A stretch of DNA of 64,000 nt, from sequence record MG655270.1, one strand, 5' to 3'. Made by a program: the position numbers and the translations under genes. The notes beneath the pieces were generated by a model. The model was given only the letters and a program-made list of their open reading frames with translations. It had not been told where the DNA came from and did no database searches. Positions 45,072 to 53,203 of the stretch are shown here, in pieces (positions within the stretch are counted from its first letter, which is position 1; each line of letters begins with the position of its first letter).

Positions 45072-45581
45072 TTAGATCAACACCCCGTTAAACGGTACCG
45101 GTGTGCCGCCATTTAACGGAGTCCACCGCATCACAACACCCTGGGTATTGTCGTAGTAAATAAAGTCAAGCACAGTACGACCGTTAAATGATCCGTAAGA
45201 CAAGCTGGTGTAACCGTTACGATTGAGGCCTGAATAGGCACTTTTGGTAACATAAGGTCCAAGCTTCATTAAACAAAACTGTTTATTCGCCAACATGTAA
45301 TCAAACATCGTTTGTGCCGGACACGCATGTCGTGCGATCCTGGCCCAGGTTGAATCGTGAGTACAGGAGTTTAAATAGGGCGTACCCCACATGTTACCGC
45401 CATCACCCGTCATGGAGATCCTGGCATAGCCGTTCGTAAACGTGGTGGACGAAGGGGTGCCTGTATTCGACGCTGCACTGACCGCACTGTACTTAGTGGT
45501 ATTGGTATTTAACCAAGTAACAAAATCCGCATAGCTCATCTTTACAGTTTTCTTGCCAGCGTACATTAATAACTCGAGCAT
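45072..45581 (-). CDS. Putative virion/tail-associated protein; paralog of 44556-45059
   Basis: MLELLM start; same motifs as its neighbour. Confidence 0.7.
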   Translation of the reverse strand: MLELLMYAGKKTVKMSYADFVTWLNTNTTKYSAVSAASNTGTPSSTTFTNGYARISMTGDGGNMWGTPYLNSCTHDSTWARIARHACPAQTMFDYMLANKQFCLMKLGPYVTKSAYSGLNRNGYTSLSYGSFNGRTVLDFIYYDNTQGVVMRWTPLNGGTPVPFNGVLI

Positions 45582-45652
45582 AACTCCACCTCAAAATAAA
45601 ATCCCGTTAGCAAGGGTTCTGGTTCTCTAATACATGACTTATAGGATTTAGC

Positions 45653-45682
45653 CGGCATAACGGAGCAGGCAACGCCTACTCC
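45653..45682 (-). terminator. Minus-strand hairpin + TTATGCCG
   Basis: On the minus strand: GGAGTAGGC-GTT-GCCTGCTCC-G-TTATGCCG. Confidence 0.65.
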
Positions 45683-45722
45683 TGAATCCTGGTGTGAATA
45701 ACGGTTGGTCGATTGGGGTATT

Positions 45723-46700
45723 TTAACCCGCTGTAGTTTGATCTGGGTAACCTCGACCTGTCCCCCAGACAATACGAACAATACCATCAGCACCACTACC
45801 TAACAAACTGGTGCCGTCACTCTTGTACTGACTTGCCCCGCCGCCTCCTGCGCCCCCGCCTGGAATCGCGGTAGGTATCCCCGCCCCTGATCCTGGCATA
45901 TCCTTGATACGTCCTGTCGATTTAATTCCCCCACCACCTCGACCAGTATAGATCTTGGTAGTGCCTTGGGTCGTCAGGGTAACATTCCCACCATAACCCG
46001 CTCCCGTATCCGCAGGGTTAGTGGGGGTTGCGCCATAAGCACATCCTGCGCCGCCATCGCCCATGTAACCGCCTGCACCGCCACCGCCGACCGCACGTGT
46101 CGTTAATGACCCGGTGCCACCCTTTCCACCTGTACCACCCCCAACAATAGGTTTGGTAGCAGGGTTCTGGATAGGGTTGTTCGCGATCCCGGCTAACACA
46201 CCGCCGACGACATTTAACAGCCCGCCGACCAAACCGCCTACTAATCCCCCTACTATATCCACCAATACCAGATCCAGGAGATTACCGGAAAGTCCATTCG
46301 ACTGCGGCATGACGGTAACTGCCGTGTTACCGGATGCGTCCTCCCCGCCACCCACTGCTTTTAACAGATAGGTGCCATTACGCGCTATCCCGGAGAAAGA
46401 CCCTTTATTCGCCGTGAAGGCGGTTTTAACGGGTGTTGGTGTACCAATCCCACCTTGCCCTACCACAACCGTCATCTTCTCACCAGGAGTCACAGGGATC
46501 GCATTACGATAACGTAACGTCCCGCCATTCCCGCCGGTGTGTACAAGGGTAGTGCTACTGGCTGATTGCCCACCCCCTACTGCGACGGCACTCATGCTCG
46601 TTGCCCCTTCTGGCACAATCAGTTCATACACCCCCGCCTTTGTGAAGAGCGTCTCTAGGGGTAACTTAATGTGTGTCTTGTTTAACAATAACCCAATCAT
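45723..46700 (-). CDS. Glycine-rich tail-fibre-like virion protein
   Basis: Y...VPEG...AVAVGGG...GG.GG...VTPG...VVVG.GG and C-terminal GADG.VRI.W glycine-rich domain pattern. Confidence 0.72.
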   Translation of the reverse strand: MIGLLLNKTHIKLPLETLFTKAGVYELIVPEGATSMSAVAVGGGQSASSTTLVHTGGNGGTLRYRNAIPVTPGEKMTVVVGQGGIGTPTPVKTAFTANKGSFSGIARNGTYLLKAVGGGEDASGNTAVTVMPQSNGLSGNLLDLVLVDIVGGLVGGLVGGLLNVVGGVLAGIANNPIQNPATKPIVGGGTGGKGGTGSLTTRAVGGGGAGGYMGDGGAGCAYGATPTNPADTGAGYGGNVTLTTQGTTKIYTGRGGGGIKSTGRIKDMPGSGAGIPTAIPGGGAGGGGASQYKSDGTSLLGSGADGIVRIVWGTGRGYPDQTTAG

Positions 46701-46757
46701 GCATCATCCTTCTAGAATGAGTACCTTGACGACCTACTCGCGTCATAGCATTCCAGC

Positions 46758-46801
46758 CGGCATAAGGGAGTGGATACCCTGACCGTAGCCAAGGTATCCA
46801 C
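46758..46801 (-). terminator. Minus-strand hairpin + TTATGCCG after the DNA polymerase gene
   Basis: GTGGATACC...GGTATCCAC stem with CGGCATAA at 46758-46765. Confidence 0.65.
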
Positions 46802-46809
46802 GTGGTGCG

Positions 46810-48531
46810 TCAAGCCGCAGCCATGAAATCGATCTCGATATGTTTTTCTACCATGAAGTCTTTCAGTAACGTAATGGTCTCAGGTGCTTTGTACAACTTA
46901 CGCGCAAGTTCACCGGCATTGTTCATACCACCGGCTGCCAGGTTAACTGCTACCTGACGATACTCCGTATCATCCAATCCTTCGATCTGGGTCATCTCAA
47001 TCCAGGTGGTTTGTTTCCCCACATTCATGATGACCGTACCGGTCGGATATGCCCCTTCTACGTCGATGTCGTTCGTACCTGTACGGACATAGGACTTGAC
47101 GTTCGGCAGTTCTTTAAACATCGCTTTGCCGTTTAAGGCAACCAGCTCTGTTGGGAGCATAACGATCCAGCCACCGAGACCCTGAATGTGATCATCCAGT
47201 TCGGTACGCATCTGATCCGATGTGGTACCCCAGATATACCCTTCTTTCATCACATCGTAATGCATCGCCTCAGCGATACGTGTCGGCTGCGATATAAAGT
47301 TACGGTAGTCTGACACCCCGCAGAACGTTGGAACCGCTACAGAGAGATCTGAGGTCTTCTCGTCCATCATTTCAACCACGATACAGTCGAAGATGTTATA
47401 CATCACATATTCGTACTTGTAGTTGCTCTGCATGAACTCATGCCAGTCCGCCCCGTGGTACCCTTCGGCTTCACTGAACTTCATCTTGGTCACACCGAGT
47501 ATTTTCTCAGCGATGTTATCCAGTTTGTAGTTCAGCTCTTTACCGTTCATGGTGCGCAGGTAGTAATAGGCTGACATCGATTCAGCCCAACGGAACGACG
47601 CAGGGGCATTGACGTAAGGCCACTTCTCATAGTTAGCTAATGATGTCTTGGTGACTTCTTTGCCATCATTTTTTACTTTGTGGGTTTTGCCCTCGTAGTA
47701 ATAAACGTTACGGTACTCTTGTGGTACCGAGGGATCGCAAATAACGTCAGCAGGGTTGATGCCGGCATTAGTTAATGTTTGGGTAAGGACCTTGTAGTCG
47801 AACTCGAGTACGTTCCAACCAGTGATAAAATCAGGCATCCACTCATGGGCGCGTTCAAACAGTTTGACAAAGCCATCCGCCGCACTGTCAACCAACACGA
47901 ACTCTGGGTTGGTGATGCTGCGTTTGGTTGCCCAGTCACCCAGGTATTTATCCCAGGCCAGTTTCAGCTTCTGATGAATACGCTCATCCGCTTCCCCGCC
48001 AAAGTAGCGACGGATCACAAAGGTAAAGGTGCGTTCTTTAAAGGTTAAGGATGCCATGATCGGCTCACCCTTATACCGCTCGTCTACCATTTCGGTTTCG
48101 ATATCGAACACACTGATTTTGTACGGTGTAAAGGTATCAGGAAACTTCGCTTCATACATCGCTTTGACAATCGAAGAGGGTTCGATGTCAGCGCCATACA
48201 CGTACGGACTGCGACACACCCGACGCAACTGCTGATCAGTAGCGCCTTTTCCCAGCATCTTTGAGATGTGGTTAGGAAGATCCCACTGCGGGCAACTGAA
48301 CTTCTGCAGCTTGGATAGCTCTTCGTAATCTTTCTTATCCTGGTGATTGCGGTACGCCGGTTTGGTGAGGTAGTAATCACGCTTCATGTCTTTGATGATG
48401 CGGGTGTGGGGTTTGCTGTTCCCGTTCTCGTCAATGACATTCTCTTTCACGAAGATGATGTCTGATTTGCCGCGCAGAGAAAGGGTATAGATCGCGTGCT
48501 TGCATTCGAAACGAAGGTTATTGCTGCTCAT
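46810..48531 (-). CDS. Family B DNA polymerase, N-terminal/3'-5' exonuclease half of a split enzyme (phiKZ gp82-like)
   Basis: ExoI FDIET, ExoII GWNVLEFD, YKLDNIA, ExoIII YNIFDC and pol motif A DIDVEGAYP near the end; motifs B and C are absent. Confidence 0.9.
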   Translation of the reverse strand: MSSNNLRFECKHAIYTLSLRGKSDIIFVKENVIDENGNSKPHTRIIKDMKRDYYLTKPAYRNHQDKKDYEELSKLQKFSCPQWDLPNHISKMLGKGATDQQLRRVCRSPYVYGADIEPSSIVKAMYEAKFPDTFTPYKISVFDIETEMVDERYKGEPIMASLTFKERTFTFVIRRYFGGEADERIHQKLKLAWDKYLGDWATKRSITNPEFVLVDSAADGFVKLFERAHEWMPDFITGWNVLEFDYKVLTQTLTNAGINPADVICDPSVPQEYRNVYYYEGKTHKVKNDGKEVTKTSLANYEKWPYVNAPASFRWAESMSAYYYLRTMNGKELNYKLDNIAEKILGVTKMKFSEAEGYHGADWHEFMQSNYKYEYVMYNIFDCIVVEMMDEKTSDLSVAVPTFCGVSDYRNFISQPTRIAEAMHYDVMKEGYIWGTTSDQMRTELDDHIQGLGGWIVMLPTELVALNGKAMFKELPNVKSYVRTGTNDIDVEGAYPTGTVIMNVGKQTTWIEMTQIEGLDDTEYRQVAVNLAAGGMNNAGELARKLYKAPETITLLKDFMVEKHIEIDFMAAA

Positions 48532-48631
48532 GATGAATGATAATCCTATGTCAAAACACTACAAAGTGCACCAGTGTTTAATACGCGTTATAACATCAGG
48601 CGTGCAACTACATTTATACAAAGGAGATCAC

Positions 48632-49894
48632 ATGATCCTATCTAGCGGTCTGGAAGCGATTAGCTTTCAAAAGAATCCGCTCTTTTACAAACAGCTGGTT
48701 GTCGAATTCGGCCGTCTGATGGAACTTGCTAAAGCCAACGGTAAGAAGCGCCTGACCGAAGAGATGATGGCGCAATCTAATCTGGCGAAGATCACCATGG
48801 CGAACACCGGTATCAAAGTCTCGCCTGGGGTGGATACCCGCATGCAGTGTAATGCGTACGTTATGATCCCAAGTATCAACTCCTATCACGTCTTCAATGA
48901 CCGCATGCGTCAGATCTTCTCAGGTTATGCCGAATCGTTTGAGCAGTTTCGTAAAGCCAACGACGTGCTGATTGGGTTGGTTGATCTGCAGAACTCCAAA
49001 GTGGGCGGGGTCTTCTCGACTATTGATCACCGCATCTGTCTGTCGTACGACATGATGACCGACTACGACATGACTCCGGGTGAAGTCGCCGCCATCTACA
49101 TGCATGAAGTCGGCCATGCTTTTACCTTCCTGGAGATGCTGCATTATACCGCTACCACTAACCTGGTGCTGACGGCCGGCATTGAAGCGATCATCAAATC
49201 AGAAACTTCTCGTAAGCATGTCATCTTAAGTGATATCGAAAACTCCTTAGGGATTAAGATCGATAATAAAGATGAACTGGTCGCTTACGACAAGTATGAA
49301 GATTATGCTGTCACGATCCTGTCGAAGTACAACCGCACCCTAGCGGCAGCCCTGGGTTCACCGGCACACGATGAATCGATGTCTGAGCAGATGGCGGATA
49401 TGTTTGCCACCCGACATGGCGCGGGATTGGATCTGGCGCGCGGATTGTCCCGTATTCACAAATATTACAATTCACCGAAGTTTAAGTTTGCCCGCTATCT
49501 GGAGATCTTTGTTGGCATCCTGCAGACCATGGGTTTGTCCCTGGTGTTCGATGTGCTGGGAGTGATCGTTGTCCTGACTGTCGGTAACTTCTTTGGTGGG
49601 ACGTATGACCGGGCGAAAGACCGTTTCATCCGCATGCGTAATGAGATCGTGGTCGGCCTGAAAGATGAAGAGATCAGTGCAGCTGACCGCAAACTCTTGA
49701 TCAGTCATATCGCCGAGCTGGACAAGATCATTGCCCAGGCCAAAAACGAAAGCTCCTTTGTCGAGCAGCTGTCCCTGGTGGTGCGCGCCAGCCAGCGTGA
49801 GCGTTATGCCAGCAAGTACCTGCAAAAGGATCTTGAAGCCCTTCTTAATAATCCGCTCTATGTCAGTGCGGCCAAACTGAAAACATTGCAATAA
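48632..49894 (+). CDS. Virion structural protein with HExxH zincin-like motif (phiKZ gp83-like)
   Basis: Start after AAGGAG; SGLE site at the N-terminus; MHEVGH...EQMADMFA. Confidence 0.7.
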   Translation: MILSSGLEAISFQKNPLFYKQLVVEFGRLMELAKANGKKRLTEEMMAQSNLAKITMANTGIKVSPGVDTRMQCNAYVMIPSINSYHVFNDRMRQIFSGYAESFEQFRKANDVLIGLVDLQNSKVGGVFSTIDHRICLSYDMMTDYDMTPGEVAAIYMHEVGHAFTFLEMLHYTATTNLVLTAGIEAIIKSETSRKHVILSDIENSLGIKIDNKDELVAYDKYEDYAVTILSKYNRTLAAALGSPAHDESMSEQMADMFATRHGAGLDLARGLSRIHKYYNSPKFKFARYLEIFVGILQTMGLSLVFDVLGVIVVLTVGNFFGGTYDRAKDRFIRMRNEIVVGLKDEEISAADRKLLISHIAELDKIIAQAKNESSFVEQLSLVVRASQRERYASKYLQKDLEALLNNPLYVSAAKLKTLQ

Positions 49895-49907
49895 GGATTC
49901 ATCAGAA

Positions 49908-50414
49908 ATGATTATTGACGTAGCAGAATTAAAGAAACAGATCGTGTCGGTGCGTTCTATTGCAGAGATCCCAACTACCCTGCGTACTAAACTGATTGAA
50001 ACCGGTCTGGCCCGTGCGGTAGCGTATGGTGTTGATCTGCCAAAAGAGCTGGTCGGTAACCCGGTCTCCTATTTCGCCAGCAACGCCACTGATGCTAAGC
50101 AGGCACTGGCGGTGATCAACGAAACTAACGTGATCAACATCTCCCGTATCCTGTCACTCGCCACCATCATCTGGCAGGCACGCTACAACATGGTTTATCT
50201 GCCGGCCACTCGCGAGTCCATGGAGTTGACTCATCAGGTATTGTCCGATCAACGCGAATGGTTGTTCGATGCAGAGCAGCAGGATTTCCTGTCAGCGACC
50301 ATTGGCGACGGTACTGTGCAAGACAGCCTGAAGCTGGCCCTGTTAAACTTCACCTGCCCGGCTGTGATCAACCCTAACCAGGTAGCACCAGTCACCACCG
50401 CTGACGAGGAGTAA
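49908..50414 (+). CDS. Putative virion structural protein
   Basis: RBS AAGGA; within the late structural operon. Confidence 0.7.
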   Translation: MIIDVAELKKQIVSVRSIAEIPTTLRTKLIETGLARAVAYGVDLPKELVGNPVSYFASNATDAKQALAVINETNVINISRILSLATIIWQARYNMVYLPATRESMELTHQVLSDQREWLFDAEQQDFLSATIGDGTVQDSLKLALLNFTCPAVINPNQVAPVTTADEE

Positions 50415-50416
50415 TC

Positions 50417-51883
50417 ATGTCTATTGATCTGATCGCTTCCTTTATCGACGATTCGGGCAATGTCCCGATGACGGCGCTGACCGTGGTAAAGAAAGAGAAC
50501 GACGAAGCCAACGCACAACTGCCGAAACAGGTAGCGATGCTGAAAGCCTCTAACGAACGTATCGTTGAACTTCAGTCTGTGATTGAACGTGTGCGCCGTG
50601 AAGGCATGAGCCGTGAAGTCGCCGCGATCGTTGCCTCGATTGCACCCGAAGCGTTGCCGGTTGGCTACGGTGCTGAAGGTTTCACTGAGCAACCCTCAAA
50701 GCTTGGGATGGCTGCTGGTCTGGAATCGATCACCGCCTACGTGATTGATGGTATCAAACGTCTGATTGCGTTCCTGATCGATAAGGCCAAGAAAGCCGCT
50801 GCCTTTATTGTGGATCAGTATCGTCGTCTGACGGGCATTGCTCCCACTGCGTACAAGATCGATCGTCGTGCTGCGTACCTTACGGCGATGTCTGCCCGGT
50901 TTGCTCAGCACTTCGGTACGGATCTGGCGACCCTGTTAGAGCAGGATATCAATGCCGGCTTTACCAGTATCGAAAGCACCCGCATGGTATTGAGCGGTAT
51001 GTTTGCTGATGCGGAAGTGCTGCAGGCGGATCTGTCTAAATATGGCAAGCACATCAATGTCATGTCCAAACAGATCGAAGCGTTACTGGCAGATGCGCCA
51101 GCACGTGTGGTGCGGGTCAATGCGATTGTTAATGATGTCACGGTATCGCGCAATGGCAGCAACGATCGCAGTGCAGAGATCCTGCGTCTGATCGACACCC
51201 GTAACCTCGATGCCCTGGTCAGTACGTTGCGCAGCGTCAGTAAGTTACTGGTCAGCAGCCCGATGTACAAATCCACTGGCACCGGTAAAGACGGCAAAAT
51301 CAAACAGACTATCCTTGAGCAGTTAAACAGCGATGGTTTCCGTGAGATGATGTCCGGCCTTTCCATGGCGGCTAATGCTGGCATGACCCACACCATGGAC
51401 ATGACCGATGCCTCGGCGATCATTCGTTCACGTAATCTGGCTGAGGCTGTTAAAGAGCTCACCAATTACGAAGAAGTGAAGAAGCGTTCACTGGACGACC
51501 TCAAGTCTGCTACTGGTTCGATCAACAGCAACAAATATGTGCAGGCCGCTGAACAGTCACCGGGTGATGACCCGACCATGGCAGCTGTGGTGCAGTTTAA
51601 CCAATACTGGGATGATGTCACGACCGCCGTAAAAGTGGCACAGGACATCACCACCGCCTACGCGGAGACGGTATTCAAACTGCAGCTGTTCTCGGTGCGT
51701 TGTCAAGACCTGGCGCTGGTACAGTGGTCCGCTAACCCAGCCAATGCCGGTCTGGCAGAAGCCAATGCCGCGACTGAACGTCTGCAGGCGGTGGTCAAGC
51801 AGTATCTGGATAAGGTCGTGAAGAACACCACGGGCTTGAAAGGTGCGCTGGATGACCTCGGCAAACTGGTCAATCAACTGTAA
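50417..51883 (+). CDS. Putative head/inner-body (ejection) protein
   Basis: Propeptide-like N-terminus with AGLES followed by IxxLIAFL; typical of phiKZ-like head proteins. Confidence 0.7.
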   Translation: MSIDLIASFIDDSGNVPMTALTVVKKENDEANAQLPKQVAMLKASNERIVELQSVIERVRREGMSREVAAIVASIAPEALPVGYGAEGFTEQPSKLGMAAGLESITAYVIDGIKRLIAFLIDKAKKAAAFIVDQYRRLTGIAPTAYKIDRRAAYLTAMSARFAQHFGTDLATLLEQDINAGFTSIESTRMVLSGMFADAEVLQADLSKYGKHINVMSKQIEALLADAPARVVRVNAIVNDVTVSRNGSNDRSAEILRLIDTRNLDALVSTLRSVSKLLVSSPMYKSTGTGKDGKIKQTILEQLNSDGFREMMSGLSMAANAGMTHTMDMTDASAIIRSRNLAEAVKELTNYEEVKKRSLDDLKSATGSINSNKYVQAAEQSPGDDPTMAAVVQFNQYWDDVTTAVKVAQDITTAYAETVFKLQLFSVRCQDLALVQWSANPANAGLAEANAATERLQAVVKQYLDKVVKNTTGLKGALDDLGKLVNQL

Positions 51884-51892
51884 GGAAATCGC

Positions 51893-53149
51893 ATGGAATC
51901 CACATTACTTCAAACGATCAATGAAACCACGGAGTTGTGTGACTCTTTGATTTCGTTGTCACAACGTCTTGAGATGTTGGGTCCCATTGCTGCTGAGTCT
52001 GTTAACTTCGCAAAGATCCATGAATCGATTAACCTGAAGGTGGCGAAGATTGCCGCTTCGATGGAGTCGATTGAAGCTAACGGCATCAACCAGGAGGCAG
52101 TGTTAGAAATCAATACTGCCATGCCTGGTATCATTCCCAACACCATCCCTCTTAATGGATACACCAAAGCCCGCAGTCAGATGAATGTGGGGTTTGCCTT
52201 AGAGTCGTTGGAGTCAGGTAAAGCAGCAATGATCTCCGGTTCAGTAACAGGGATCGTGGCCGTGATCGTCAAACTGTTTCGTTGGGTTGTCATGACCATC
52301 AAGCAGTATGTCAAATCACGCCGTGATGCGAATCGTCTCGGTGTCTCTGTGACACAAGCGCTGCAACGTGCGGGAACGATCAACGAATACCTGTTAGAGC
52401 AGTTGGCGAAAACCCCTGAAGCCAAAGCCGCCCGTCCGGGCTTTGAATGGTTGGTATCGATCTGGCGTCCGCAGGCTGGGATCTTTAAGTTCAATGAAGA
52501 TGCACTGGTGCAGTGGTGGCCAGAACTCGTCAATGAACTGGAGTACGAATACAACCAGATCAGCAAGGCGTTTGAAACACTGCGTAGCGGTGGGTCGTTT
52601 GTCCCGAACATTGCGAAAGCACATCAGTCGCCCTCCATGAAGCGTTTCTTTGAAGCCTTACCGCAAGGGACGGATCGTCAAGGGAACATCGTTGAGGTAG
52701 AGCTGGCTAAGAAGCAGTTCCAGGAGAACCCACAGCGTGCGTTGTTCCAACTGGCTGAGCGTCTGCGCTACATGATCATGCGCGAGCCTAAATCAAAAGG
52801 TACTGACTTTGGGCAAGAGCTGATTTCAGTAGGTCGCAGTATTGAAGCCTACACCAATGTGGATCGTCTGGTGTTTGATCAGCTGAATACCTACGATACC
52901 AACAATCGATTAGGGAAACTGGAAGAGGCGTTTGGTGCGTTGTATAAGCAAGTACAAGCCACACGCTACACTGCAGACAAAGCCCTGGTTGATGAGTTCG
53001 TGGGTTACCTGAACCGTTATTCAGAAAAGCTTAACTGTTTCGTGCAACTGATCACCATTGTGAGTTACCTGGATAGCTGTAGTTTCCAGATCCTTGACAA
53101 TGTCTCCAAAGCCACCATGAAGTACGTTGATATTGCTGCCAGTAATTAA
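51893..53149 (+). CDS. Putative head/inner-body protein, paralog of the previous gene
   Basis: Shared SIE.xG...E....I....P..IP....GFT/YT...S...ALES architecture. Confidence 0.7.
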   Translation: MESTLLQTINETTELCDSLISLSQRLEMLGPIAAESVNFAKIHESINLKVAKIAASMESIEANGINQEAVLEINTAMPGIIPNTIPLNGYTKARSQMNVGFALESLESGKAAMISGSVTGIVAVIVKLFRWVVMTIKQYVKSRRDANRLGVSVTQALQRAGTINEYLLEQLAKTPEAKAARPGFEWLVSIWRPQAGIFKFNEDALVQWWPELVNELEYEYNQISKAFETLRSGGSFVPNIAKAHQSPSMKRFFEALPQGTDRQGNIVEVELAKKQFQENPQRALFQLAERLRYMIMREPKSKGTDFGQELISVGRSIEAYTNVDRLVFDQLNTYDTNNRLGKLEEAFGALYKQVQATRYTADKALVDEFVGYLNRYSEKLNCFVQLITIVSYLDSCSFQILDNVSKATMKYVDIAASN

Positions 53150-53151
53150 AT

Positions 53152-53203
53152 CGGCATAAAGGCCTGGCCTTCCTTGCGGAGGGCCAGAGCCTTGCTTATG
53201 CCG
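53152..53203. terminator. Bidirectional hairpin bracketed by the perfect inverted pair CGGCATAA...TTATGCCG
   Basis: Lies at the convergent junction of the head operon and the baseplate gene. Confidence 0.75.

Noticed and set aside
45591-45620. Minus-strand TLANGILF* stub resembling the FNGILV/FNGVLI ends of the adjacent paralogs (possible relic of a deleted third copy)
   Set aside because: Only about 11 codons follow an in-frame stop; chance similarity cannot be excluded.
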